Translations under genes and position numbers: made by a program | Shown: one piece after another, positions 1 to 9,868 of the stretch | How the letters are laid out: every line of letters starts with the position of its first letter | Position numbering within the stretch: position 1 is the stretch's first letter | NCBI GenBank assembly: GCA_027068075.1 | Contig: JAMOUJ010000006.1 | Location: forward strand, 346,706-410,705 | Origin: Candidatus Aminicenantes bacterium | GTDB lineage: Bacteria; Acidobacteriota; Aminicenantia; S016-38 | Direction: 5' to 3' | DNA: 64,000 bases | The notes under the pieces: generated by a model | What the model saw: the letters and a program-made list of their open reading frames with translations, nothing else | Told to the model about the DNA's origin: nothing | The model's database searches: none

Positions 1-905
1 TTTACCTGGTGATCCGCTACCACGGCGGGCTTTCCAGTTCCATAGAGAGGATGTATTCCGTCCTTCCCCAGCACATGCTTTCCGCCTGGTCCACGGACCT
101 TTCCGTCCTTTCCCTCTGGATTATTTCCATGGGGCTCTTCTATCTGGTGGACCCCTGGCTTTTCCAGTGGGCCTACATGGCCCGTTCCGCCCAGACCTCC
201 TTTGACGCCTTAGTGGCGGTTTCCCTTTCCTCTCCCTGGGGGGCCATATCCTTCCTGGGGGGAATGCTTTTAGCCGCCGCTGCCCGGACGGGAATACTCG
301 CCTTCCCTTCCGGCATAAGTCCTGATCAGGTTTACCTTTACTTCATAAGCAAAATAATTCCACCCCTGGCAGGGGGTTTTCTCCTGGTGGCCTTTCTCAT
401 GACGGTTATGTCCTGCGCCTCCTCCTTCCTCATGACCGGAGCCACCCTGCTTTTCAACGATGTAATTGAGAAAGCGGTGAAGAGACCCCTTTCAGAAGAG
501 AAGAAAATTCTCCTCAGCCGGGTTTCGGTCTTGATAACCGCCCTCCTGGGGGTGGCCAGCGCCCTGTGGATTCCCTTTTTGATTCCCCTGTGGATAATGG
601 GGCAGGCCCTGGCCATCGCCGGGCTTCTGGTTCCCGTGGGTGCCGCATGGTTCTGGAGGAAGGCAACCCCCAGAGCAGCCCTGTATTCCCTTTCCCTTGG
701 AGCCACCACCGCCTTCGTGTGGTCTCTCCTGGCGTGGTGGAAGGTGGGGGACCCCAACGGTTTCGTCCTGGGCATCCATGCGGTTCATGTGGGCCTGGCG
801 ATTTCCCTTCTCACCATGATCCTGGTGAGTTTCTTCACCCCCAGGGCCAGCCAGGAAATGGAGAGGGCAACCCTCTGGAAGGAAATACCCTGGGAGGAGG
901 AATGA
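1..905 (+). CDS. Sodium:solute symporter (SSF) family transporter, C-terminal portion; the 5' end lies upstream of the window
   Basis: The frame is open from position 1. About 7 predicted TM helices. The sequence is typical of SSF C-terminal halves. The ORF-track start at 9 is a GTG inside an open frame. Confidence 0.5.
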   Translation, partial: YLVIRYHGGLSSSIERMYSVLPQHMLSAWSTDLSVLSLWIISMGLFYLVDPWLFQWAYMARSAQTSFDALVAVSLSSPWGAISFLGGMLLAAAARTGILAFPSGISPDQVYLYFISKIIPPLAGGFLLVAFLMTVMSCASSFLMTGATLLFNDVIEKAVKRPLSEEKKILLSRVSVLITALLGVASALWIPFLIPLWIMGQALAIAGLLVPVGAAWFWRKATPRAALYSLSLGATTAFVWSLLAWWKVGDPNGFVLGIHAVHVGLAISLLTMILVSFFTPRASQEMERATLWKEIPWEEE

Positions 906-1126
906 TGAGTTTAATAGAAAAGACCTTCGGCAAACTTACCCCTATCAAGGCGGCGGCCTGGATTTTCGTATTTATACTTTTCGTGCTTTTTTATGTTTTC
1001 TTCTTTATAAATTCCCCGGCCCTCATGCTGTATCTGGTGGTTTACACCTTACCCCCCATATGGATAGCCACCATAATAGGGGGAACACTGGAAATGGCGA
1101 AAATTTTTAGAAGGAGGTTAAAATGA
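902..1126 (+). CDS. Small two-TM membrane protein (74 aa) following the symporter
   Basis: GGAGGAGG RBS immediately before ATGATG at 902. Hydrophobic 2-TM product MMSLIEKTFGKL... The upstream part of the long ORF 566..1126 overlaps the symporter out of frame and is not coding. Confidence 0.4.
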   Translation: MMSLIEKTFGKLTPIKAAAWIFVFILFVLFYVFFFINSPALMLYLVVYTLPPIWIATIIGGTLEMAKIFRRRLK

Positions 1127-4098
1127 GGCGACTTTTGGTTTTGCCAGTGATTCTGGCATTGGTTACGGGGATGTGGGCACAGAGGCAAACGGGAAGCCTC
1201 AAAGGAACCGTAGTCTCCCAGGACGGTTCCCCGCTTCCCGGTGCCTCCGTGCTTCTTTCCGGTTCACCTTTAATTAATCCTATCACATTTTCCACCGGAA
1301 AGGACGGGGTATTTTTCTTCGCCAATCTTCCCCCAGGGAAGTACCAACTCAAGGTTTCCCTCAAGGGCTTTGATACGGTGGTGGTGAAGAACATAGTGGT
1401 GAGGGTGGGTAAAACCTCGGTTATCCATGTAACCCTCAAGCCCAAAACCCTCAAGGAGGAAGTGGTGGTGGAGGCTAAGATGCCGGCGGTCTCGGTGGAG
1501 GAGGCCAAAAGTTCCGTAAACATAGGAAAGGAGGTGGTGGAGGACGCCCCCATCCAGAGGGACCTCTACGACATCATAAACACCTCCCCCGGCGTGGTCT
1601 CTGACAATGTCCGCTACAGCAGAACCTTCTCCACCCACGGCTCCTCCATAAGGGAGAACATCTACGCCTTTGACGGGTTCATGATGAACGACCCACGCCA
1701 CAGTTACCTTTCCACCAACCTTAACTACAATGTCATCCAGGAAGTGGAAATTGAAACCGCAGGGCACCCCGCCGAGGTGGGGGAAGGTAATGGAGCCTAC
1801 GTAAACATAGTCACCAAAAGCGGTTCCAACCGCTTCAGCGGTGAAGCCAATTTTTACCTGATCCCTCCTGGGATGTCCTCGGATTCCCCGGGACGGGGAG
1901 CCATGGAGGCCGGAGCCTTTGAGCCCTACAAGACCCTCTGGAATTTTGACGGAGGATTCAACCTGGCGGGACCCGTGGTCCACAACAAACTCTGGTATTT
2001 TCTCTCTGCCAGGAAACTGGACTGGGCCTACCACGCCCCTGCCTTTGAACCCGATGTGGAACACCACGAGACGGAGTTCTTCTCCAAACTCTCTTTCCAG
2101 CCCTCGCCGGCCCACCGTTTTGACTGGGCCTTCAGTTACCTCACCAGTTACGAGCCCTACTGGGAAGTTCACACGGGGGTGGTAACCCAGGGAGATCCTG
2201 CCTACATAGGATGGGTTTACGATAAAGACGCCGCCCCGGTATGGGACCACGAGAAGGACTTTATGACCTACCTTAAGTGGAACTGGAACATAAGCCCCAC
2301 CGCCTACCTGGACGCCAGGGCGGGATACATTTACAAGTACTTCCCCCTGCTTATGCAAAAGGGCACGGGATACCGCCACTACGACATAGGCTGGGCCAAA
2401 TTCTGGAGGGGCTATTGGATGAACGAGGTTTACCACCGGGGAAGGTTCCAGGCCATGGCCTCCCTTACCAAGTTTCTGGACAACTTCATGGGGGGAAACC
2501 ACGAGGTGAAAATGGGCCTGGAGTTTGAACTGGCCAAGGACGACTGGGATACATGGATGCCGGAGTCCTGGAACGGTCTGTACCCCGGAGTTTACTGGAC
2601 GGAAAACGGATACTACGGACTCCCCTCCTGGTTTGGCGTGAACTGGATCGGCTACTTCGTGGCCCGCTCCGTGGGAACCAAGTCCGGCGACAGCGTCCAG
2701 AAGGACCGGATGAGGAGGGTCAGCGGATACATACAGGACACCTTCAACCTGGGAAAGAGGCTTTACTTCAACCTGGGCCTCAGGTTTGACTACAGCAAGG
2801 CTTACATACCTCCCCAGTCCACCACGGGGAATCCCCAGTGGTATGCCCTCTACAGGGCCGGAATTATTCCCGCTCCCCACGGCCAGTTCTTTGCCCCGAG
2901 GGGCATAAACGAAATAAAGGACTACATGAACTGGAAGACCCTTTCCCCCAGAATAGGGGTTATTTACGATCTTTTCGGAAACGGAAGGGCTGCGCTGAAG
3001 GCCTTTTACGGAAGGTATTACTCCTACATGAACCTTCAGTACACCTCCAACATAAACCCCATGTACTACCCCTACGCCGCCTACTACTGGTACGACCTCA
3101 ATTACAACGGGAGATACGACTTCAACGGCGCCGATTATTATTACATGGTTTATTCCTGGGGAGGATACCTCAACCCCATGGACAGGATTGACCCCAACCT
3201 CAGGGCACCCCACACCGACGAATACCTCCTGACCCTGGAGGGAGAGCCGGTGGAGGGCCTCAGGCTTTCGGTGAGTTACATTCACCGCTACGAAAAGGAC
3301 ATAATTGAGGACATAGACATCGCCAGGACCAGGGAATGGTGGGTTCCCATTGAAGTTCACGACCCGGGATACGATGCCAAACTGGGAACCTCCGACGACA
3401 AGACCTACACCGTTTACTTTCTGAAGGCCGGAGCGCCGGCGGGAAAATTCTGGATAACCAATCCCCCTGAAGCCTACAGGAAATACGACGGTCTGGAGAT
3501 AGTCCTCACCAAGCCCTTCTCCCACGGATGGTCCATCTTCGCCTCCCTTACCCTTTCCAAGGCCCGGGCCACCATTGGAAACTCCTTCTACGAAACCAAC
3601 GGAGTGAGCGTTGCCTTTGATTCCCCCAACTGGATGGTAAACCGCGAGGGCTCCGTCCCCACCTTAGACAGACCCGTGGTCCTCAAGGTGGTGGGCTCCT
3701 ACATGCTGCCGGCCCAGGTGATGTTCAGTTTCAACTTCGTGTACATGAGCGGAGTTCCCCTGCAGAGGACGGTGGTGGTTTACAACCCTGGCATTCCCGG
3801 CATAGACCCCTACTTCTACACCGAGGTTCTCTCGGAGCCCGTGGGAACCAGAAGGGGGCCCGCCTACAAGAACCTCAACATAAGGCTTGGGAAGGACTTT
3901 TCCCTGGCAGGGGGGACCCTTTCCCTGGCGGTGGACGGACTCAACATCCTTGGAAATTCTTATCTGCTTCGGAAGTACGGTCAGCACCTCACCATACCGC
4001 CGGACGCCAGTTACATCGGGGTTAATCCCAGGTGGGAAAAACCGGTGGTGGGAATAGGACAGAGAATATTCGCCATAGTGGCCAGTTACAAATTCTAA
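1123..4098 (+). CDS. TonB-dependent outer-membrane receptor with N-terminal carboxypeptidase-regulatory-like domain
   Basis: AGGAGG RBS, then a signal peptide. The N-terminal domain resembles CarbopepD_reg (VVSQDGSPLPGASVLL...GKYQLKV), followed by a plug and a long beta-barrel rich in aromatic-x-aromatic strands. C-terminal ...ASYKF ends on the aromatic Phe typical of TonB-dependent receptors. Confidence 0.7.
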   Translation: MRRLLVLPVILALVTGMWAQRQTGSLKGTVVSQDGSPLPGASVLLSGSPLINPITFSTGKDGVFFFANLPPGKYQLKVSLKGFDTVVVKNIVVRVGKTSVIHVTLKPKTLKEEVVVEAKMPAVSVEEAKSSVNIGKEVVEDAPIQRDLYDIINTSPGVVSDNVRYSRTFSTHGSSIRENIYAFDGFMMNDPRHSYLSTNLNYNVIQEVEIETAGHPAEVGEGNGAYVNIVTKSGSNRFSGEANFYLIPPGMSSDSPGRGAMEAGAFEPYKTLWNFDGGFNLAGPVVHNKLWYFLSARKLDWAYHAPAFEPDVEHHETEFFSKLSFQPSPAHRFDWAFSYLTSYEPYWEVHTGVVTQGDPAYIGWVYDKDAAPVWDHEKDFMTYLKWNWNISPTAYLDARAGYIYKYFPLLMQKGTGYRHYDIGWAKFWRGYWMNEVYHRGRFQAMASLTKFLDNFMGGNHEVKMGLEFELAKDDWDTWMPESWNGLYPGVYWTENGYYGLPSWFGVNWIGYFVARSVGTKSGDSVQKDRMRRVSGYIQDTFNLGKRLYFNLGLRFDYSKAYIPPQSTTGNPQWYALYRAGIIPAPHGQFFAPRGINEIKDYMNWKTLSPRIGVIYDLFGNGRAALKAFYGRYYSYMNLQYTSNINPMYYPYAAYYWYDLNYNGRYDFNGADYYYMVYSWGGYLNPMDRIDPNLRAPHTDEYLLTLEGEPVEGLRLSVSYIHRYEKDIIEDIDIARTREWWVPIEVHDPGYDAKLGTSDDKTYTVYFLKAGAPAGKFWITNPPEAYRKYDGLEIVLTKPFSHGWSIFASLTLSKARATIGNSFYETNGVSVAFDSPNWMVNREGSVPTLDRPVVLKVVGSYMLPAQVMFSFNFVYMSGVPLQRTVVVYNPGIPGIDPYFYTEVLSEPVGTRRGPAYKNLNIRLGKDFSLAGGTLSLAVDGLNILGNSYLLRKYGQHLTIPPDASYIGVNPRWEKPVVGIGQRIFAIVASYKF

Positions 4099-4102
4099 GG
4101 AG

Positions 4103-5395
4103 GTGAAATTGTCTCAGGAACTCCTGGAAAAGAAGAACAGGCTGATTCCCCGGGGCGTTTACAACACCAATTCGGTTTTCGTGGAAAGGGCAGAGGGAGC
4201 GCTGATATGGGGAAAGGACGGAAGGAGGTACATAGACTTTGCCGGGGCCATAGGCTCCCTGAATGTGGGCCACTCCAACCCCAGGGTTGTGGAGGCGGTA
4301 AAGAGGCAGGCGGAGAAATTCGTCGGCTCCTGCTTCCACACCGCCATGCACGAACCTTACCTTCAGGTGGTGGAGAAACTCCTTTCCCTTTACCCCGGGG
4401 ATTTTCCCAAAAAGGGCTTTTTAGTGAACTCCGGGGCGGAGGCGGTGGAAAACGCCGTAAAAATAGCCCGCCACTTCACCTCCAGACCCAACATTCTGGT
4501 TTTTGAACACGCCTTCCACGGGAGGACCCTTCTCACCCTGGCCATGACCTCCAAGGTGATGCCCTACAAGAAGGGGTTTGGGCCCTTCCCCACGGGAATT
4601 TACAGGCTTCCGTATCCCTACTGCTACCGCTGTCCCTTTTCCCTTTCCTATTCCGACTGCGGCCTTCGCTGTGCTTCTTACATAGAGGACTTCTTCGTCA
4701 CCCATGTGGACCCCCAGGAGGTGGCGGCGGTGGTGATTGAGCCGGTCATCGGAGAAGGAGGATTCGTGATCCCTCCCAGGGAATACATGGTGAAACTCAG
4801 GGAAATCACGGAGAAATACGGAATACTTCTGGTGGCGGACGAGGTTCAGGCAGGCTTCTGCCGGACGGGAAAGTTCTTCTCCATTGAGAACTTCGGAGTG
4901 GTGCCGGACATAATAACCATAGCCAAGTCCATGGCAGGAGGGCTTCCCTTAGCGGCGGTCCTTGGTAGGGCCGAGGTTATGGACCATCCCCAGGTGGGAG
5001 GTCTGGGAGGGACCTTCGGAGGAAACCCCGTATCCTGCGCCGCTGCGGTGGCGGCCATAGATTTTGCTCTGGAGGAGAACCTCTGCGAAAGGGCGGTGGA
5101 AATAGGAGATAAGGTCCTTAAAAGGTTCTCCGCCTGGAAAGAGAGGTTCCCCTTCGTGGGGGATGTGAGGGGACTGGGGGCCATGGCCGCCTTTGAAGTG
5201 GTGAAGGTCGGAAGCAAGGACCCTGACAAGGAAACCACATCCAGGATAGTCCAGATGGCCTACGAAAGGGGCCTCCTTCTCATCTCCGCCGGGGTTTACT
5301 CCAATGTGATAAGGGTTCTCATGCCCCTGGTTATCCGGGAAGAGGAATTGGAGGAGGGTCTTTCCATCCTTGAGGAGGTTCTGGAGGAAGTATGA
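4103..5395 (+). CDS. Class III PLP-dependent aminotransferase (GabT/ArgD-like omega-aminotransferase)
   Basis: AAGGAGG RBS then GTG. Motifs LVADEVQAGFCRTGKFF and IAKSMAGGLP (PLP lysine). The length and overall layout match fold-type-I class III aminotransferases. It has an unusual 4-Cys insertion, YCYRCPFSLSYSDCGLRC. Confidence 0.8.
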   Translation: MKLSQELLEKKNRLIPRGVYNTNSVFVERAEGALIWGKDGRRYIDFAGAIGSLNVGHSNPRVVEAVKRQAEKFVGSCFHTAMHEPYLQVVEKLLSLYPGDFPKKGFLVNSGAEAVENAVKIARHFTSRPNILVFEHAFHGRTLLTLAMTSKVMPYKKGFGPFPTGIYRLPYPYCYRCPFSLSYSDCGLRCASYIEDFFVTHVDPQEVAAVVIEPVIGEGGFVIPPREYMVKLREITEKYGILLVADEVQAGFCRTGKFFSIENFGVVPDIITIAKSMAGGLPLAAVLGRAEVMDHPQVGGLGGTFGGNPVSCAAAVAAIDFALEENLCERAVEIGDKVLKRFSAWKERFPFVGDVRGLGAMAAFEVVKVGSKDPDKETTSRIVQMAYERGLLLISAGVYSNVIRVLMPLVIREEELEEGLSILEEVLEEV

Positions 5396-6552
5396 GAAAA
5401 CTGGCCCTGCTCCTCCTCTCTGCGGTTCTTCTGGCCCAGGAGGTAGGATACACGAGAATGGGGATATTCGCAGTGAGGGAGGGGGAGGGTTCCCCCTCCC
5501 TTTACCTGCCCCAGACGAGGGCCCTGGTGAAGTGGGCCCTGGAGTACGGATACGAACCTCTGGGTCCCGTCAGGATAGAGTTCCAGGGAAAACCCTTTGC
5601 CGTGAGGGGAAAATTCCGGGTAATGATCAGGGTGGACATCCCCGGGATTTTTCCGCCAAGGACGGGCCTTTCCACCTATTTCAAATTCATCCCTTCCCAG
5701 CACCTGGCCCTTTCCTCCCCCTTTCCCGTGGAAAAACCTCTTCCCTGGAAGGACTTCCTTTCGTGGCTTGAATCCTCCGGATGGAAGCCTGCCGGGTCCC
5801 CCTTCCTTTATCAAAAGGATTTGAAGGAACTCAGAAGGGGGGTCTTCCGCTGGGCCGTTCCGGTAAAAAGGCTTGGCAGGGCTTTGGTGGGGATTTATTC
5901 GGATCGGGGGGCCTTTCACCTGGGGCTTATAGTTTCCCAGAGGTTTTTCCAGACCCACGGGATCACCTACGCTCCCCTCTACAAGGATGACCTTAAAAGA
6001 AAGGAAACCTACGAGAAAATAACGGTTCTGTATTTCCCGGGGGGCTGGTCCGGATATTACACCGAGGACCTGAGAGGGCGGCCGGCGAAACTCATAAGGG
6101 AGTTCGTAAGTAGCGGAGGAAAATACCTGGGGGTCTGCGCCGGAGCCTACTTCGCCTCGGAGAAAATAATCTGGGAAGGGAAGGTTTATCGTCCTCCCTT
6201 GGGAATTTTCAGGGGGGTGGCCATAGGCCCCATAAGGGCGCTTGCCCCCTGGCCCCTGTATACGGTGGCGAAAATCCTGTATCTCGGCAGAGAGGTGGAG
6301 GCCTTTTACTACGGAGGGCCGTATTTTGAGGGTGAGGGTGAGGTCCTGGGAAAGTACGCCGTCAACGGAAAGCCGGCGGTGGTTTTGGGCGCATACGGAA
6401 AGGGAAGGGTCCTTTTATCCGGCCTCCACTTTGAGTACCAACTCACCGGTGAGGAGGACGGGGTGAAGTTTCCCGAGGACCACGGCCTCAGAACTTCGGC
6501 CCCCACCTGGCCGATTTTTAAAGACCTTATAAAAACCCTTCTGGGGAGGTGA
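5392..6552 (+). CDS. Secreted protein with class-I glutamine-amidotransferase-like (BPL_N/DJ-1-type) domain
   Basis: Signal peptide MRKLALLLLSAVLLAQE. The C-terminal half has YFPGGWSGYY...GGKYLGVCAGAYFAS, typical of the GATase1-like fold. The start is ATGA-coupled to the upstream gene. Confidence 0.4.
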   Translation: MRKLALLLLSAVLLAQEVGYTRMGIFAVREGEGSPSLYLPQTRALVKWALEYGYEPLGPVRIEFQGKPFAVRGKFRVMIRVDIPGIFPPRTGLSTYFKFIPSQHLALSSPFPVEKPLPWKDFLSWLESSGWKPAGSPFLYQKDLKELRRGVFRWAVPVKRLGRALVGIYSDRGAFHLGLIVSQRFFQTHGITYAPLYKDDLKRKETYEKITVLYFPGGWSGYYTEDLRGRPAKLIREFVSSGGKYLGVCAGAYFASEKIIWEGKVYRPPLGIFRGVAIGPIRALAPWPLYTVAKILYLGREVEAFYYGGPYFEGEGEVLGKYAVNGKPAVVLGAYGKGRVLLSGLHFEYQLTGEEDGVKFPEDHGLRTSAPTWPIFKDLIKTLLGR

Positions 6553-6554
6553 AG

Positions 6555-7319
6555 ATGGAATATCTGGCGGTGGGCGTTCAAATGATGATAGGGGATGACC
6601 TGGAGGAGAACTACCGCAGGATGAAGTTTTGGGCCGAGAGGGTGAAGTTCCTGTATCCCCACACTAAGATCCTGGTTTTCCCGGAACTTTCCCTTACAGG
6701 ACCGGTTCATCCCGGAATGGAGGAGGGGGAGGTGATAAAGAGGTTTTCCCCACTGGCGGAGGAATACGGCCTGTGGCTGGTTCCCGGAAGTTTTTACATA
6801 AAAAAGGGGGATGGGAAGGTCAACCGGGCGTACCTTTTTTCCCCGGAGGGGAAGGTGGTGGGCCACTACGACAAAATTTATCCCTGGGCTCCCTTTGAAG
6901 ATTCCCTTCCGGGAAGCCAAGTTTCGGTCTTTTCTGTGGAGGGGCTCCGGGTGGGGATAGAGATTTGCTACGACATATGGTTTCCCGAAGTGGCCTTGGA
7001 GATGGCAGCCCGGGGGGTGGACCTGATAATAAATCCCGTTATGACCACCACCGCTGATAGGGAAGGGGAGAGGGTCCTGGTGAGGGCAACCTCCCTCTTT
7101 ACCCAGTCCTACCTGCTTTCGGTAAACGGCCTTGGAAGGGGAGGGGTCGGGGGTTCATTGGGGGTTGGACCTGAGGGGGAGGTTCTCGTTGAGGCCCAGG
7201 GGGAGGAAGTTGCCCTTCCCCTGGCGGTATCCACGGAAAGGCTGAAGTCCGTTAGGGAAAGGGGAAGTTTTTCGTCCAATAGAATTTTGAAAGAATTTCT
7301 AAAAAGGAGGGAAAAATGA
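6555..7319 (+). CDS. Carbon-nitrogen hydrolase (nitrilase superfamily amidase)
   Basis: Motif GIEICYDIWFPE (catalytic Cys), Glu near the N-terminus, and a Lys consistent with an E-K-C triad. GGAGG sits 5 nt before the ATG at 6555. The track start at 6549 is a GTG two codons upstream. Confidence 0.75.
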   Translation: MEYLAVGVQMMIGDDLEENYRRMKFWAERVKFLYPHTKILVFPELSLTGPVHPGMEEGEVIKRFSPLAEEYGLWLVPGSFYIKKGDGKVNRAYLFSPEGKVVGHYDKIYPWAPFEDSLPGSQVSVFSVEGLRVGIEICYDIWFPEVALEMAARGVDLIINPVMTTTADREGERVLVRATSLFTQSYLLSVNGLGRGGVGGSLGVGPEGEVLVEAQGEEVALPLAVSTERLKSVRERGSFSSNRILKEFLKRREK

Positions 7320-8740
7320 GGGAATTTAAAGTTCTCCTTGGAGGAAAATGGGAAAGGGGAGACGATGTAAAGACCATCCGCTATCCCTACGACGACAGGG
7401 AAGTGGCCAGGGTTCACATAGCCGGGGTTTCCCACGCCCAGAAGGCTCTGAATGCGGCGGAGGAGGCCTTTAAAAAGACGAGTAAACTCAGCAGCGAGGA
7501 AAGATACAACATCCTGTCCCGGGTTTCAGGTATCCTGAAGGAAAGGGAGGAGGAAATCGCCAGGGAGATTACCCTGTCCTGCGGAAAGCCGCTAAAGGAT
7601 GCCATCACCGAGGTGAAGAGGGCGCAGTTTACCTTCCTCACCGCGGCGGAGGAGGCCAAAAGGATAGGCGGCGAGATATATCCTTTGGACATGAGGAAGG
7701 GGGCAGAGGAGCGGTGGGCCATAGTTCGCAGGTTTCCCATAGGCATCATATTCGGAATTTCCCCCTTTAACTTTCCCCTGAACCTGGTGGCCCACAAACT
7801 GGCGCCGGCGGTGGCCTCAGGAAATACCATCATCGTAAGGCCCGCCACCCAGACCGCCACCGTGGCCCTTATCTTAGGGGAGATACTTTACCAGGCAGGG
7901 CTTCCTGAGGGCGCCCTTTCCGTTCTCCCCTCCACCTACGAGGCTGCGGACCTTATAATTTCCGACCCCAGGGTAAAACTCCTTACCTTTACGGGAAGCG
8001 CCCAGGTTGGCTGGGGCCTCAAGCAGAAGGCCGTAAAGAAGAAGGTAGTTTTAGAACTGGGAGGAAACGCCGCCTCCATAGTGGAGCCGGATGTTCCCTT
8101 GGAGTGGTCCGTGGAGAGGAATGTCCTTGGGGCCTACAACTATTCAGGACAGGTCTGCATCTCCGTCCAGAGAATTTATGTTCACAGTTCCATATACCGG
8201 GAGTATCTGGATAAGTTCGTCCAGAGAACCCGCAGTTTGAAAATAGGGGATCCCCTGGACCCCGAGGTGAGGATAGGGCCCATGATAAACGATGCCGCCG
8301 TGGAAAAGACCCTCTCCTGGGTGGAAGAGGCCAAGAACTTGGGAGGGAAGGTGCTTACAGGAGGAGAAAGGCAGGGGAGGATAATTACTCCCATGGTCAT
8401 CGTGGATGTTCCCCACAGCGCCAAGGTGGTAAGCGAGGAGGCCTTCGCCCCCTTGGTGGTCATAATGCCCTACGACAGTTTTGAGGAGGCGGTTGAGAGG
8501 GTAAACGACTCCAAATACGGGCTTCAGGCCGGTATTTTCGCTAAAGACCTCCTTAAGGTCCGCTACGCTTACGAGAACATAGAGGTGGGAGGGGTGGTGG
8601 TAAACGATGCCCCCTCCTTCCGGGTGGACCACATGATTTACGGAGGGGTTAAGGCGTCCGGCTTCGGAAGGGAGGGCCTCCGCTACGCCATAGAGGAGAT
8701 GACCGAGCCCAGACTCCTGGTCCTGAACACCAAATTTTAG
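7316..8740 (+). CDS. NAD(P)-dependent aldehyde dehydrogenase
   Basis: Motifs FTGSAQVGWGL, ELGGNAASIV and catalytic Cys GQVCISVQRIYV. AGGAGGG RBS. 474 aa. Confidence 0.85.
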   Translation: MREFKVLLGGKWERGDDVKTIRYPYDDREVARVHIAGVSHAQKALNAAEEAFKKTSKLSSEERYNILSRVSGILKEREEEIAREITLSCGKPLKDAITEVKRAQFTFLTAAEEAKRIGGEIYPLDMRKGAEERWAIVRRFPIGIIFGISPFNFPLNLVAHKLAPAVASGNTIIVRPATQTATVALILGEILYQAGLPEGALSVLPSTYEAADLIISDPRVKLLTFTGSAQVGWGLKQKAVKKKVVLELGGNAASIVEPDVPLEWSVERNVLGAYNYSGQVCISVQRIYVHSSIYREYLDKFVQRTRSLKIGDPLDPEVRIGPMINDAAVEKTLSWVEEAKNLGGKVLTGGERQGRIITPMVIVDVPHSAKVVSEEAFAPLVVIMPYDSFEEAVERVNDSKYGLQAGIFAKDLLKVRYAYENIEVGGVVVNDAPSFRVDHMIYGGVKASGFGREGLRYAIEEMTEPRLLVLNTKF

Positions 8741-8742
8741 AT

Positions 8743-9834
8743 TTACAGGTTAAGAAGCAGGAAAACCGCTGCCGAGGAGACGAGGAGGAAGGGCAGGGAA
8801 TAGGCCTGGAAGCGGAGATAGGCCTTCCTGAGACCTCCTAAGTTGAGGGCTAAGACATTGGCCAGGGAGGCTATAACCAGGCCGTTTCCACCTATGTTTA
8901 CGCCGTAGGCAATGGCCTTCCAGGCGGAGGAGACCTTCCCCAGCAAAATGGCTGCCGGAACATTGCTTATTAACTGAGAAAGCACTATGGCGGACAGGTA
9001 TGTTTCCCCGGTGCCCCTTAAGAAATGAGTTTCCAGGAGGTGCTCTAAGGGGAAGGTTTCGCAGAGCAGGTGGACATCCATGAAGAGCACCACAAAGAGC
9101 ACTATGAGGAGCCAATTGGTCCTGGCCAGAATTTTCGGGAAGACTGCCGCATAAAGGAGAACCACCGCCACCAACGCATAATAGGTAAGGTCCTTTTCCA
9201 CCGCCAGGAGGAAGAAGACCATGAGGGCCGCAGAAAGGGCCAGGAGTTTTCCGTTCACCCGGCGGATGTTTTTCCCGGTCTTTGCCTCTATGATTCCCTT
9301 TCCGAAGGCGAAGAAGGTGAAAATGAGAAGAAGGGCCAGGGTGATGGCCCAGGCCGGGGCCATTTTCGCCACGAATTTCCAAAAGGGTATGTTCCACCTG
9401 TGCCACAGAAATATGTTCTGTGGATTCCCTATGGGAGTGAGGAAGGAGCCGGCGTTGACGGCCATGGCTTCAAAAATCACCAATTTTCCCATGTCGTTTT
9501 CCAGTTGTTTCCCCAGGCTCAGGGTTATGGGGACCACCACGAAGAGGGTAACATCGTTGGTGAGGAAGGTGGAAAGGAGGGCCGATAAGACGACGAGAAA
9601 AAGGGCGAGGTTCCTTTCCCGGTGAAATTTAAAGGCGAGTTTTCTGGAAAGGCTTATAAAAAAACCGCTTTCCTCCATGGCGGTGGTTATCAGGAGAAGC
9701 CCCGCCAGCGTGAAAATGGTCTCCCAGTGGACCGAGTCCGGCAACGATAGGATGGAGGAAGGGTGTAGGAGAGCGAGCACCAAAAAAGTTCCCAGGGAGG
9801 CCAGGAAAAAACCGTCCTTCAGGGTATCTCTCAT
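8743..9834 (-). CDS. ArsB/NhaD/CitMHS-superfamily anion permease
   Basis: Polytopic membrane protein with the TNDVTLFVVVPI re-entrant-loop motif characteristic of this superfamily. 363 aa. Confidence 0.5.
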   Translation of the reverse strand: MRDTLKDGFFLASLGTFLVLALLHPSSILSLPDSVHWETIFTLAGLLLITTAMEESGFFISLSRKLAFKFHRERNLALFLVVLSALLSTFLTNDVTLFVVVPITLSLGKQLENDMGKLVIFEAMAVNAGSFLTPIGNPQNIFLWHRWNIPFWKFVAKMAPAWAITLALLLIFTFFAFGKGIIEAKTGKNIRRVNGKLLALSAALMVFFLLAVEKDLTYYALVAVVLLYAAVFPKILARTNWLLIVLFVVLFMDVHLLCETFPLEHLLETHFLRGTGETYLSAIVLSQLISNVPAAILLGKVSSAWKAIAYGVNIGGNGLVIASLANVLALNLGGLRKAYLRFQAYSLPFLLVSSAAVFLLLNL

Positions 9835-9868
9835 GAGGGTTTATTATATACCGCAGGCGAAGTAAGTT

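Noticed and set aside
566-1126. 186-aa ORF spanning the symporter 3' end
   Set aside because: The first 112 codons overlap the symporter out of frame and encode Gly/Pro-rich nonsense. Only the last 74 codons, behind a GGAGGAGG RBS, look like a real membrane protein.
1270-3525. 751-aa ORF antisense to the TonB-dependent receptor
   Set aside because: It is Gly/Val/Pro-rich and low-complexity. It is the GC-rich mirror frame of a gene whose sense strand has clear family motifs, an RBS and a signal peptide.
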